Shown one piece after another: positions 37,399 through 47,351 of a stretch of 64,000 nucleotides of DNA. Both the position numbers and the translations under genes were made by a program. This DNA is from Solirubrobacterales bacterium (GTDB lineage Bacteria; Actinomycetota; Thermoleophilia; Solirubrobacterales; JACPNS01), in the NCBI GenBank assembly GCA_047605325.1, contig JASGFX010000008.1:6100-70099 (forward strand), in the 5' to 3' direction. Positions within the stretch are counted from its first letter, which is position 1; the number at the start of each line of letters is the position of its first letter. The notes beneath the pieces are model-generated. The model was not told where the DNA came from, did no database searches, and saw nothing but the letters and a program-made list of their open reading frames with translations.

Positions 37399-38771
37399 CC
37401 CGCAGACTTCTGAACATGCCACTGACCAGGGCGTACATGATCACGACGATCGTCGCCGTGATCCCTGCGCTCGGCTTCGGTCTCTACTACGTGGTCGCGA
37501 TGATCGGCGCCAACGGCAACGCCTCGAGTCTTCGCGATCAGGCCACCGGGGCAGGCGCGAAGATCGACGCCGGTCAGCTCGCCGGTGTGGGCCTGGAGCA
37601 CAGCGTCTGGGTCTGGGTCGCCGGACTGGTGATCACGTTCCTCTTCGCCGGAGCGGCGATTCGCATCGTGCTCGGCAACATCACCCTGAAGACTGTCGAT
37701 GAGATGGTCGTGGAGATGCGCGCGGCTGCGCGCGGTGACCTCTCGGTCAAGCTGGAGGTCACGATGAACAACGAATACGGCGATCTCCAGCGTGAGTTCG
37801 CCCGGCTTGTCGGCAACTTCCGCGGCACGATCGAGCGAATCGATGTCGCAGCTCGCGAACTGCGTTCGGCGTCGATGGACATGTCGCACACCTCCGACGA
37901 GGCCGGCGGCGCGATCGGTGAGGTCGCCCAGGCGATCGGAGCGATCAGCGAGGGTGCGGCTCATCAGGTGGAGCTCGTCGGTCGCTCGGCCGCGCACATC
38001 GACTCGATCGACCAGTCGGTCCGTGACGCGCACGAGCACGTCGATGAGGTCCGTCGTCAGAGCGCCGACGCAGGCGCCCTGGCAGACGCCGGACTCACAC
38101 GTGCGCACGCGGTCGAGAGCGCGATGCAGATCACGCGCGACGCCGCCTATTCGACGGCCGCAATCGTCCGCGAGTTGGGCGATCGCTCAGGGGACATCGA
38201 CTTGATCGTCCAGTCGATCGCCGAGATCGCCAACCAGACAAACATGCTTGCGCTCAACGCCTCGATCGAGGCCGCTCGCGCCGGAGATCAGGGCAGAGGC
38301 TTTGCCAACGTGGCCGATGAGGTGCGCGTGCTCGCCGAGGACGCGCAGCGCGCCGTCGCAGAGATCGGCGATGTCGTCGGCGAGATCGGTCGCCAGACGT
38401 CTGGAGCCGTCGAGGCGATGGAGGCCGGAATCGCTCGGGTCGAGGACAGCACCGAGACCGTTGCGCGCAACCGCCAGATATTCACCGATATCAGCGCCTC
38501 GATCCACAGCCTCGGAGAGCGTTCTGCCGAGATCGGCGAGCTGACCGCGGAGATCGTCAAGTCAGCGGAACGCGCCCGCACGCATGTGGGCGAGGTCGCG
38601 GCCGTGGCCCAGCAGTCGAGCGCCTCGACCGAAGAGGTCAGCGCTTCGACTGAAGAGACCTCGGCGGCCTCCGAGGAGGTCAGCGCCTCCGCGCAGCACG
38701 TGGCTGATACTGCGGCTGTCCTGGCCGAGCTCTCCGGACGTTTCACGTTGCCCGAGCGCTCCGCGGCCTGA
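37395..38771 (+). CDS. Methyl-accepting chemotaxis protein (type-B N-terminus, paralog of 33879..35288)
   Basis: ATGA overlap with the preceding mcp. N-terminus [16 protein letters not shown] parallels [16 protein letters not shown]. Signalling hairpin: [35 protein letters not shown]. Confidence 0.9.
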   Translation: MTRRLLNMPLTRAYMITTIVAVIPALGFGLYYVVAMIGANGNASSLRDQATGAGAKIDAGQLAGVGLEHSVWVWVAGLVITFLFAGAAIRIVLGNITLKTVDEMVVEMRAAARGDLSVKLEVTMNNEYGDLQREFARLVGNFRGTIERIDVAARELRSASMDMSHTSDEAGGAIGEVAQAIGAISEGAAHQVELVGRSAAHIDSIDQSVRDAHEHVDEVRRQSADAGALADAGLTRAHAVESAMQITRDAAYSTAAIVRELGDRSGDIDLIVQSIAEIANQTNMLALNASIEAARAGDQGRGFANVADEVRVLAEDAQRAVAEIGDVVGEIGRQTSGAVEAMEAGIARVEDSTETVARNRQIFTDISASIHSLGERSAEIGELTAEIVKSAERARTHVGEVAAVAQQSSASTEEVSASTEETSAASEEVSASAQHVADTAAVLAELSGRFTLPERSAA

Positions 38772-38806
38772 GCGCCCCGCGACACGCGGACACGCGCAGG
38801 AGTAGC

Positions 38807-39202
38807 GTGGGCCGCATGAGCATTTCGGAAGGCAGTGTGTTCGCGACCGTCGCGGTCAGCAGCTTTGACGTCGCGCGCGACTTCTACGGCGGCACGCTCG
38901 GTCTCACGCAGGCTGAGGAGAACGTCGGCGGGATCGGCTACGAGTGCGGCGGTGGGCGACTGTTCGTCTACATCTCTGACACCGGCGGCACAGGTCAGGC
39001 GACCTGCGCGATGTGGAAGGTCGACGACGTCTCGGCCGTGGCGGCGGAGCTGACGGCCAAGGGCGTCGAGTTCATCGAGTACGACATGCCCGGCACTGAG
39101 TACGTGGACGGTGTCCACGTCTTCGGCGACGGGTCGTTCAAGAACGCATGGTTCAACGACCCCGACGGCAACATCCTCGGGGTCGTCAGTGGCGAGATGT
39201 AG
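38807..39202 (+). CDS. VOC (glyoxalase/bleomycin-resistance/dioxygenase) family protein
   Basis: 131 aa: FATVAVSSFDVARDFYGGTLGL...FNDPDGNILGV. The start could instead be ATG 38816. Confidence 0.7.
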   Translation: MGRMSISEGSVFATVAVSSFDVARDFYGGTLGLTQAEENVGGIGYECGGGRLFVYISDTGGTGQATCAMWKVDDVSAVAAELTAKGVEFIEYDMPGTEYVDGVHVFGDGSFKNAWFNDPDGNILGVVSGEM

Positions 39203-39208
39203 CCGCAG

Positions 39209-40777
39209 TTATTTGACGACCACCGTCGACACGGGCGCCGGGCCCTTCGACGACTTGCAGATCGTGCTGACGCCACCACCTGCCGTGCCGGGCTGATCTC
39301 CATTGCTGGCCGGGAGCGTGCTGCCGCCCGTCGTACCGCCGGTGCTCGTGCCGCCGCCGGATGAAGGGCCGGGCGTCGGTACCGGCGGACTGCCGCCCGC
39401 GCAGAGGGTCGGCGTCACGTGGTACGTGCCGGTGGGCAGCGGGCTGTTGTTCCACCTGCCATTGAAGTAGACGCTGGTGGCCCCGGCCGCGACCGGCACG
39501 ACGTAGCTGCCCTTGAGCTGCTTCGTGATCTTGCAGGACTTCTTCGTCTTGTTCTTCGAGGTCTGCTTGACGCAGCGCTTGCCGCTCTTGCGCCCCTTCG
39601 TGACGCGCTCGATCACGAGCACGAACTGGCCGGGATTGTCGGCGCTGAAGCTCATCACCGAGCCCACGGCGGTCTTGCCGCGCTTGGGCTTCTTGAAGTT
39701 CTTGGCCACCTGCCAGGTCGCGCCGCGCTTGGCGGGCTTGAACTTCGAGGGCTTGAACTTGAAACCGCTCAGCCGCGGCGCGATCGGCTGGCTGGCTGTG
39801 GCCGGAGCGAACTCGAAGGCTCCGATGTCGGTCTTCACGCCCTGGATCCGGCTTGCGCCGTCGAGGTCGGTCGCGCCGTTGTCGGCGCTGTCAGCGCCCG
39901 CGTCGATCGTCGGGGAGCCTGCCGCCTGACGGAAATCGCCGTCGGCGGCGTTGACGAACAGTGGGTCCGCCGACTGGTTGGCGGTCGGGTTGAAGTGGAT
40001 CGTCGCGCCTCCCGACGGGCTGCCGACGTACTCGCGATAGTTCGAGTTCGAGACGTTCAGGTTCACGGTCGGCGTGTTGGCGGCGTAAAGCGTGATGTCC
40101 GTCTCCGAGGATTGGAAGATCGAGTTGAAGACGTTCACGGTCACGCCATAGTTGGTGAACGCGAGGTCGTAGGCCGAACCGCCACCGGTTGCGATTGCCG
40201 TGACATTGCGGACGTTGATGTCGGGGCCGGTAGAGCCACCCGCGCCGATCGCGGTGGCCATCGCCGCGTCTGGGCCGGTGCTGATGCAGAGCGCGTCTCG
40301 GAACGTTCCGCCGGGCGAGCAGGCGCTTCCGGCCGTCGCAACCGACTTCACGCGTTCGACGACCGCGCCGTCGCTCGCAACGATTCCGAAGGCACCGCCG
40401 ACCTTGCGCAGCTCGATGTCGGAGAGAGTCGGACCGGGCGAGGATCCGTTCTGTGGCCAGATTCCCCAATACGCCGACGAGTAGATCACCGGCCGCGCGG
40501 CCCCGACCTGGCCGTGCACGTTGATGTCCGTGCCGCCGAAGAGCGGATTTGTGATCGGCGAGGCCTCGCTGCCGTAGGCTCCCGGGCCGATGATCACCTC
40601 TGATTGCACGGGCGCGGAGTTGATTCCCGTGACGATGTCGCAGGGCGTGAGCGCGGAGCAGTCGGCGGCGGAGCTGCCGAGCGGCGAGACGTAGCGCGTC
40701 GCAGCCGAGGCGCTTGCGGCGCAGAAGGCGAGGACGAGCAGTACGAGCGGGAGCGAGGTCAGGCGGCGAGTTTTCAT
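39209..40777 (-). CDS. Secreted right-handed beta-helix protein with Lys-rich central region and Gly/Thr-rich C-terminal tail
   Basis: Signal peptide MKTRRLTSLPLVLLVLAFCAASASA. The segment DPLFVNAADGDFRQAAGSPTIDAG...DIGAFEF is typical of beta-helix / choice-of-anchor-type domains. The ORF track extends to 40825. Confidence 0.6.
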   Translation of the reverse strand: MKTRRLTSLPLVLLVLAFCAASASAATRYVSPLGSSAADCSALTPCDIVTGINSAPVQSEVIIGPGAYGSEASPITNPLFGGTDINVHGQVGAARPVIYSSAYWGIWPQNGSSPGPTLSDIELRKVGGAFGIVASDGAVVERVKSVATAGSACSPGGTFRDALCISTGPDAAMATAIGAGGSTGPDINVRNVTAIATGGGSAYDLAFTNYGVTVNVFNSIFQSSETDITLYAANTPTVNLNVSNSNYREYVGSPSGGATIHFNPTANQSADPLFVNAADGDFRQAAGSPTIDAGADSADNGATDLDGASRIQGVKTDIGAFEFAPATASQPIAPRLSGFKFKPSKFKPAKRGATWQVAKNFKKPKRGKTAVGSVMSFSADNPGQFVLVIERVTKGRKSGKRCVKQTSKNKTKKSCKITKQLKGSYVVPVAAGATSVYFNGRWNNSPLPTGTYHVTPTLCAGGSPPVPTPGPSSGGGTSTGGTTGGSTLPASNGDQPGTAGGGVSTICKSSKGPAPVSTVVVK

Positions 40778-40825
40778 CTTGCCATTATCGGCTGGGGCCG
40801 GACGTCCGGTTCGCCGGAAGTCCAT

Positions 40826-40861
40826 CCGAGTGCTCCGCGATCGCGCCCGCGGAGCACTCGG
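40826..40861 (-). terminator. Perfect 14-bp stem hairpin downstream of the 40877..41539 membrane-protein gene
   Basis: CCGAGTGCTCCGCG-atcgcgcc-CGCGGAGCACTCGG. Confidence 0.55.
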
Positions 40862-40876
40862 GTCGATTCGGACCGC

Positions 40877-41539
40877 CTAGGCCGCGGCTGCTGCCGGGCT
40901 GGCGACTGGGGCGCGGGCGCCGCTGGGCCTGCGCATCAGCACGATCGACGTCGCGATCAGCCAGATCGGGAAGAGGAAGAACGCGAGGATTCCGCCCGGT
41001 CCGGCCAAGCACAGCACGCCGAGGACGACCGAGAACCACGCGAGAGGTTTCGGCAGAGAGGCGGTGCGCAGCCCGCCGAGGCCGACGGCCCACTGCGTGA
41101 TTGCCATTCCGACGACCCACGGCATCCACGTGTAGTCGACGATCGCGGCGAGGGTGAGGACGCCTTCGCCGGGCACGCCGACGTCGGCGGCGTTTGCGGT
41201 CACGGTGGTGAACATCGCCATCAGCGCCGTCATCGCGACGAGGATCGTCCCGCCGATCAGGAACAGCGTCGAGTAGATGCTCTCGCCGGCCTCGCCGGAG
41301 CGCAGCGTCGCGCGCAGCTCGGTCAGCAGCGGGGCGAGGAAGAAACACGCGAGCAGGCCGCAGATGATGTTGATGATCCCGATCTTCGCCGAGTTGTCGA
41401 CGTAGTAGGCGATCACCTTGGCGTGGTTGTCGTCGGCGATCTGCGGTCCGGACGAGGCGTAGAAGAATGACGCGGCGAAGAGCAGCGCCGCGATGATCCC
41501 GGAGAACGGGAGGAGTTTGCGAAACGTGTCGGTCTGCAT
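40877..41539 (-). CDS. Hypothetical integral membrane protein (about 6 TM)
   Basis: I chose the start MQTDTFRKLLPFSGIIAALLF. Hydrophobic segments run throughout. No family recognised with confidence. Confidence 0.5.
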   Translation of the reverse strand: MQTDTFRKLLPFSGIIAALLFAASFFYASSGPQIADDNHAKVIAYYVDNSAKIGIINIICGLLACFFLAPLLTELRATLRSGEAGESIYSTLFLIGGTILVAMTALMAMFTTVTANAADVGVPGEGVLTLAAIVDYTWMPWVVGMAITQWAVGLGGLRTASLPKPLAWFSVVLGVLCLAGPGGILAFFLFPIWLIATSIVLMRRPSGARAPVASPAAAAA

Positions 41540-41670
41540 TTGGCTTGGTTTCCTTTGGGTCAAGAGGTTGTCTTGGGCTTTGACTCGCTCACGATCCCTG
41601 CCCGCGTTCCCGCCCACAAGGGGCGGCGTTCCCGAGTCGACCGGGAACTTCGCGGGAACAATTCGCCGAC

Positions 41671-43764
41671 GTGGCAGAAAGCGGTCAGAATGTCGGCATG
41701 TCGCTCGGCTCGGAAACTGCGCTCGCGGATCGCGAGACGCCGCTCGTCGGCAGGGCCGGGAGTGAGGTCTGGCGACGAGCGGCAGCCTGGTCGCTGACGC
41801 TCCTGACCATCGTGGCTCTCGCGCTGGCCTGGTTCGTCGCCGACGCCGCCGATGATGCGGTGATCGAGAACGCGCTTGTCACTTCGATCGTGATCCTGCC
41901 GCTCGCGATCGGGCACTTGGTGGTGCGCGCCCAGCCGCGCAACGCGGTCGGCTGGCTGCTCTTCGGGATCGGCTTGGTGCTGGCGATGATGGCGTTGACC
42001 GATCAGGTGGCGGCCAACGCTGCGGCGCACCCCGACACTGCGAGCCTCGGCGAACGGCTCGGCGTGATGTACGCGCAGAACTACTGGCCGTTGTTGTTCG
42101 TCGGCTTCGCCGGAATCGCCTACGTCTTCCCCGACGGACGCTTCTTCAATCGCCGGTATCGCCGCTGGGCGCTTGCCGGCGGAGCGATGACGCTGCTGAT
42201 CATCACGCTCGCCACCTTCTCGCTGCCGTCCTACGAGGAGCCCTACGTCGGCATCGCGAATCCGCTCGCGGTACTGGACTTCGCGATTTCGGATGCCGTC
42301 GCAACACCGATCCTGCTCCTTTGTCTTGCGGCGTTGTTTGCGGCCGCGTTCTCGGTGCGAGCGCGGCTGAAGGCCTCGGCTGGCGATCGCCGGCTGCAGA
42401 TGCTCTGGCTCGCCTGGGCAGCGGTCTGGATCCCCGGCACGCTGGTGCTCTGCCTGATCGATGGCGTCGTCTTCTCCAAGACCGGCGGCGAGGGGATCCT
42501 GACGGTCTGCGCGCTGGTGATCATGGCGACGATGATGCCGGTCGCGATCGGCATCGGGATCCTGCGCTACCGCCTCTTCGACATCGAGCTGGTGATCAAC
42601 CGAACACTCGTCTACGGCGCGCTCACGGTGATCGTCGCCGCGGTGTACGCCGGCGTGGTGGCGGGCTTCGGCGCGATCGTCGGCAGCACGACCGCGGCCG
42701 GCGTGCTCGGCGCGGGCGTCGTGGCGGTGATCGTTCAGCCGATCCACGCGCGCATCCAGCGGCGCGTCGACCGCTGGGTCTACGGCGATCGCTCTGATCC
42801 CTACGCCGCGCTCCAGCGACTCGACGCCCGTTTGCAGGAGACACAGGCGCCTGACGACGTCGTACAGGCCGTCGTCGACTCGGTCTCGGAATCGCTGCGG
42901 CTGCCGTGGTCTGCCGTCGAGTTCGATCGCGACGGCGAGGGGATGACGATCGCCGCCCATGGTGTGCGCGGACGCGGTGAGCTCGAGCGGCGCGAACTCT
43001 TCCACCGTGGCCAGTCGGTCGGCGCGCTCGCCGTCGAGGTGCCGCGCGGGCGCCCGCTCTCGGAATCCGACCGCCGCCTGCTCGATCAGCTCGCCAGCCA
43101 CGTCGGTCCGGCGGTGCAGTCGGTCCGGCTTACGACCGAGCTGCAGCAGTCGCGGAAGGAGCTTGTCACGGCACGCGAAGAGGAGCGTCGCCGTCTGCGC
43201 CGTGATCTGCACGACGGAGTCGGCCCGTCGCTGGCGGCGATGTCGCTCCAGCTCGATTTGCTGCGCGACCGCGTCGGCGACGGCGACGCCGCTCTCGTCG
43301 AGCAGCTTGGCGGACAGGTGCAGGAGGCGATCGTCGACATTCGCCGGCTCGTCTACGAATTGCGGCCGCCCGCTCTCGACCAGTACGGCCTGGTCAGCGC
43401 GCTCTCCGAGCAAGCCAGCCGGATGTCGACGCGTTCGGCGAAGTTCACCGTCGACGCCCCGGAGGCGATGCCCGGGCTGCCGGCGGCGGTCGAGGTGGCG
43501 GTCTACCGCATCGCGCTCGAGGGCATGACCAACGCCGCGCGCCACGCGGGCTCGAGCAACTGCAACGTGACGATCTCGGCGGCCGACGCGGTTGTCGTCA
43601 GCGTCGAGGACGACGGGGTCGGGATCGACGGCGAAGTCGCCCACGGCGTCGGACTGCGCTCGATGCGCGAGCGGACGGCCGAGCTCGGCGGCGATTTCCA
43701 GATCGCCGCGCGCGCTGCCGGTGGCACGACCCTCAGCGCGAGCTTCCCGTTGGAGCGTCTGTGA
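41671..43764 (+). CDS. Membrane sensor histidine kinase, HisKA_3 (NarX/LiaS-type) family
   Basis: Multi-TM N-terminal half, then EEERRRLRRDLHDGVGPSLAA (HisKA_3 H-box) and HATPase_c (NAARHAG...VEDDGVGI...GVGLRSMRERTAELGG). The start could be ATG 41698. Confidence 0.85.
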   Translation: MAESGQNVGMSLGSETALADRETPLVGRAGSEVWRRAAAWSLTLLTIVALALAWFVADAADDAVIENALVTSIVILPLAIGHLVVRAQPRNAVGWLLFGIGLVLAMMALTDQVAANAAAHPDTASLGERLGVMYAQNYWPLLFVGFAGIAYVFPDGRFFNRRYRRWALAGGAMTLLIITLATFSLPSYEEPYVGIANPLAVLDFAISDAVATPILLLCLAALFAAAFSVRARLKASAGDRRLQMLWLAWAAVWIPGTLVLCLIDGVVFSKTGGEGILTVCALVIMATMMPVAIGIGILRYRLFDIELVINRTLVYGALTVIVAAVYAGVVAGFGAIVGSTTAAGVLGAGVVAVIVQPIHARIQRRVDRWVYGDRSDPYAALQRLDARLQETQAPDDVVQAVVDSVSESLRLPWSAVEFDRDGEGMTIAAHGVRGRGELERRELFHRGQSVGALAVEVPRGRPLSESDRRLLDQLASHVGPAVQSVRLTTELQQSRKELVTAREEERRRLRRDLHDGVGPSLAAMSLQLDLLRDRVGDGDAALVEQLGGQVQEAIVDIRRLVYELRPPALDQYGLVSALSEQASRMSTRSAKFTVDAPEAMPGLPAAVEVAVYRIALEGMTNAARHAGSSNCNVTISAADAVVVSVEDDGVGIDGEVAHGVGLRSMRERTAELGGDFQIAARAAGGTTLSASFPLERL

Positions 43765-44414
43765 GCGAGGTCATGTTGCGCGTGCTGATCGCCGACGACC
43801 ACCCGGCGTTTCGCGACGGGCTGAGGATGATGCTCGAGGCGTCGGGCGAGATCGAGGTCGTCGGCGAGGCGGGAGATGGCTCCGAGGCGCTCGATCTCGC
43901 CGAGCGATCCGACTTTGACGTCGTGCTGATGGACCTGAGGATGCCCGGGATCAACGGCATCGACGCGACGCGCAAGATCACCGCGGCCGATCCGGACGCC
44001 AAGGTGATCGTCCTGACGATGTTCGAGGACGACGACTCGGTGTTCGCCGCGATGCGCGCCGGCGCGCGGGGCTACCTGCTCAAGGGCGCCGAGCGCGAGG
44101 ACATCCTGCGCGCGGTGCGGGCCGTCGGCAGCGGCGACGCGGTGTTCGGGCCGACGATCGCCAGCAAGCTGATGGACTTCTTCGCCGCCGCGCCGCGCAC
44201 GGTCTTCCCCGAGCTGACCGATCGCGAGCGCGAGATCCTCGAGCTGATCGCCCAGGGCAAGAGCAACGTCCAGATCGCAGATCGTCTGGCGCTGAGTCTC
44301 AAGACGATCCGCAACCACGTGAGCAACATCTTCAACAAGCTCCAGGTCGCAGATCGCGCCGCGGCGATCGCGAAGGCACGTGACGCCGGACTCGGTCCGG
44401 CCGCGCTCGACTGA
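43761..44414 (+). CDS. NarL/LuxR family response regulator
   Basis: REC (RVLIADDHPAFRDGL...VLMDLRMPGING) plus a LuxR HTH (LTDREREILELIAQGKSNVQIADRLALSLKTIRNHVSNIFNKL). Overlaps the kinase stop. Confidence 0.9.
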   Translation: MSEVMLRVLIADDHPAFRDGLRMMLEASGEIEVVGEAGDGSEALDLAERSDFDVVLMDLRMPGINGIDATRKITAADPDAKVIVLTMFEDDDSVFAAMRAGARGYLLKGAEREDILRAVRAVGSGDAVFGPTIASKLMDFFAAAPRTVFPELTDREREILELIAQGKSNVQIADRLALSLKTIRNHVSNIFNKLQVADRAAAIAKARDAGLGPAALD

Positions 44415-44441
44415 CGGCGGCGTTTTACCGCGGAGGCGGGT

Positions 44442-45905
44442 TTAGAAGTCCATCCCGACGTACTTCGTGTCGAGGTACTCCTCGATCCCCTCGAATCCGC
44501 CTTCGCGGCCGAAACCGCTCTGCTTTATGCCGCCGAACGGGGCGGCGGGGTTGCTGATGACGCCGCGATTGAGTCCGACCATTCCGGTCTCGAGGCCTTC
44601 GATCGTGCGGAAGGCGCGGCCGAGATCCCGGGTGTAGACGTATGCGGCGAGGCCGTACTCGGTCGCGTTCGCGCTGGCGAGCGCCTCTTCCTCGGTACTG
44701 AACGACTTGACCGGGGCGACGGGGCCGAACACCTCATCGACGAGAATGTTCGCGTCGGGCGTGAGGTCGCCGATCACGGTCGGCGGGAAGTAGTAGCCCG
44801 GTCCGTCGGGGCGCTCACCGCCGGTCAGCAGTTTGCCCCCCTTTGCGGTCGCGTCTTCGACGAGTCCTTCGACGATCTCACGCTGGGCCTCGTTGATCAA
44901 CGGTCCGACCTGGCTGTCTTCGAGCGTGCCGCGGCCGACCTTCATCGCGCCGAGGCGTTCGGCGAGTTTCTCGGAGAACTGCTGGGCGATCGACTCGTGT
45001 GCGTGGAAGCGGTTGGCGGCGGTGCAGGCCTCGCCGTTGTTGCGCATCTTCGCGAGGATCGCGCCTTCGACCGCGGCGTCGAGGTCGGCGTCTTCGTGGA
45101 CGATGAACGGAGCGTTGCCGCCGAGCTCCATCGAGACCTTCAGGACGTTGTCGGCCGACTGCTTGATCAGCTCGCGGCCGACCTCGGTGCTGCCGGTGAA
45201 GGAGAGCTTGCGCGTGCGCGGATCCTTCAGCAGCGGGCCGACGATCTGGCTGGCGCTGCTGCCGACCACGACGTTGACGACACCGTCTGGCAGGCCGGCG
45301 TCGATCAGGGCCTGGGCGAGGGCGAAGCTCGAGAGGGGCGTCTCCTTGGCCGGCTTCATCACGACGGTGCAGCCGGCGGCGAGCGCCGGGCCGATTTTGC
45401 GCGTGCCCATCGCGGCGGGGAAGTTCCAGGGAGTGACGAAGACGCAGGGTCCGATCGGCTGCTTCATCGTCAGGATGCGGCCGACGCCGTTGGTCATCGT
45501 GCTGTAGCGGCCGGCGATCCGCACTGCCTCTTCGGAGAACCACCGGAAGAAATCTGCGGCGTAGGCGATTTCGGCCTTCGACTCTGAGACCGGCTTGCCC
45601 ATCTCGAGCGTCATCAGCAGCGCGAGCTCGTCCTGACGGGCCATCATCGACTCATAGACGGCGCGGAGGATCTCGCCGCGGTCGCGCGGGGCGGTCTTGG
45701 CCCACGCTTCCTGCGCGCTTGCGGCGGCGTCGAGCGCGGCCAGCGCTTCGGTCTCACCGGCGTCGGTGATCTCGCAGAGCGCCTCGCCGGTCGAGGGATC
45801 GATCACTTCGAGGGTCTTGCCGTTCTCGACCCAGTTGCCGCCGATCAGCGCCCCCTTGGGGACATTTTCGACAACTTGATTCTCGAGCGCGGCTGTGATC
45901 GTCAT
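44442..45905 (-). CDS. gabD: NAD(P)-dependent succinate-semialdehyde dehydrogenase / aldehyde dehydrogenase family
   Basis: 487 aa with ALDH motifs VSMELGGNAP and EACTAANR (catalytic Cys) plus the EEVFGPV region. The overall pattern is GabD-like. Confidence 0.8.
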   Translation of the reverse strand: MTITAALENQVVENVPKGALIGGNWVENGKTLEVIDPSTGEALCEITDAGETEALAALDAAASAQEAWAKTAPRDRGEILRAVYESMMARQDELALLMTLEMGKPVSESKAEIAYAADFFRWFSEEAVRIAGRYSTMTNGVGRILTMKQPIGPCVFVTPWNFPAAMGTRKIGPALAAGCTVVMKPAKETPLSSFALAQALIDAGLPDGVVNVVVGSSASQIVGPLLKDPRTRKLSFTGSTEVGRELIKQSADNVLKVSMELGGNAPFIVHEDADLDAAVEGAILAKMRNNGEACTAANRFHAHESIAQQFSEKLAERLGAMKVGRGTLEDSQVGPLINEAQREIVEGLVEDATAKGGKLLTGGERPDGPGYYFPPTVIGDLTPDANILVDEVFGPVAPVKSFSTEEEALASANATEYGLAAYVYTRDLGRAFRTIEGLETGMVGLNRGVISNPAAPFGGIKQSGFGREGGFEGIEEYLDTKYVGMDF

Positions 45906-45999
45906 GCGCCTGATCGTATTACGCGGGATCGGGCGCGCGTCCGCAATCGGCCGGGGCGGGGCGCCCTCCCAGCGCCCCGTGTTCGGCCGTCGCTCCCCG

Positions 46000-46431
46000 T
46001 CAGGAAGAGCTGTCGCGCGGATCCGGTCCGACGCCGGCCGTCACGCCCAGGACGCCGATGGCGGCGTAGAGGATCGCGGTCATGTCGTTGACCGGGAAAA
46101 TCCCGATCACGCTGGCCGTGAAGAGGCTCCAGACGGTCACGACGAGGTAGACCACGCCCACCGCGAGCGAGACCGGTCGTGCCATTGCATTGGAGCGGCT
46201 CCCGATCAGCAGCGCAACACCTGTGAGCAGCATCAGCAGGCCGCTCCAGCCGTTGACGTCGAGGAACAGCAACTTCTCTGTGACGATCCCTCCGCCGGTC
46301 GAGAAGTCGAAGTTGACGACCAGACTCACCACTCCCGCGATCGTGAGAATCACTCCCGCGGCGACTGCGAACATCTGAGCCATCGACTTGTCTGCGATGC
46401 CGGATCCAATGTCCTTGAATCCGTCCTTCAT
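46000..46431 (-). CDS. Small hypothetical membrane protein (4 TM)
   Basis: I chose the 143-aa version starting MKDGFKDIGSG. The upstream part of ORF 46000..46896 is Arg/Pro-rich and looks noncoding. Confidence 0.5.
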   Translation of the reverse strand: MKDGFKDIGSGIADKSMAQMFAVAAGVILTIAGVVSLVVNFDFSTGGGIVTEKLLFLDVNGWSGLLMLLTGVALLIGSRSNAMARPVSLAVGVVYLVVTVWSLFTASVIGIFPVNDMTAILYAAIGVLGVTAGVGPDPRDSSS

Positions 46432-46562
46432 GCCATGTGCTTCCACCGTAACCACCTCTTTCAGAAATCGACGGTGAATGTATCCGGCGACCCGGAATGG
46501 GCCGTCTGCTTCAAATACACCGTGACGATGCATCCAGTAACAATCGTGACAAGGAATTTGTC

Positions 46563-47351
46563 GTGCGACTGATCGAGACAGGGGTGGAGGACGTGCGCGT
46601 CGCACTCGTGCGCGCGGACAACCCGTCGCCGATGACGCTTGGCGGAACCAACACCTGGGTCGTCGCGGCCGGTGGCGACAGCTGGGTGATCGATCCGGGC
46701 CCGGACGACCACGAACACATCGCGGCGGTGGGGGCGGCGGCGCGTGAACTTGGCGACCCGCGCGCGGTGCTGCTGACGCACGACCACCTCGATCACAGCG
46801 CCGGCTTGCAATCGATGGCGCGTGAGCTCGGCGGGGTGCCGATCCTGCGCAAGGGCGATGTCTTCGAAGGGCTGCCTGTTCAGGCGCTGTACACACCGGG
46901 GCACGCCGATGATCACCTCGTGTTCTTCTTCGGCGATGAATCGCGGGTGGTGCTCTTCAGCGGTGATCTGATCCTCGGCCAGTCTTCGACGATCGTCCCG
47001 CCCGGCGGAGGGACGCTGATCGCCTACCTCGAGTCGCTGCAGAAGCTGCTGGATCTTCGCCCCGACCTGATCCTGCCCGGCCACGGAGAGCCGATCGAAG
47101 ATGCCCGCGCCGCCGTCGCCGACCAGCGTGAGCACCGGCTGAGGCGCGAGCGTGACCTCGTGGCGGCGCTGGAATGGGGCGTGTACGACCGCGAGAAGCT
47201 GCTGGACACTGTGTGGGGCGACGTCGGCCCAGAGCTGCGGATCGCTGCCCACGTCACGATGCAGACCAATCTCGAGAAGCTCGACCTCGAAGGCCGTCTA
47301 CCCGACGATTTCGAGACCGAGGGCAGAAAGAGCTGGCAGCACCGCGGCTAG
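46563..47351 (+). CDS. MBL-fold metallo-hydrolase
   Basis: LLTHDHLDHSAG (HxHxDH) and TPGHADDH. GTG 46563 is a tentative start; the ORF track begins at 46497. Confidence 0.7.
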   Translation: MRLIETGVEDVRVALVRADNPSPMTLGGTNTWVVAAGGDSWVIDPGPDDHEHIAAVGAAARELGDPRAVLLTHDHLDHSAGLQSMARELGGVPILRKGDVFEGLPVQALYTPGHADDHLVFFFGDESRVVLFSGDLILGQSSTIVPPGGGTLIAYLESLQKLLDLRPDLILPGHGEPIEDARAAVADQREHRLRRERDLVAALEWGVYDREKLLDTVWGDVGPELRIAAHVTMQTNLEKLDLEGRLPDDFETEGRKSWQHRG

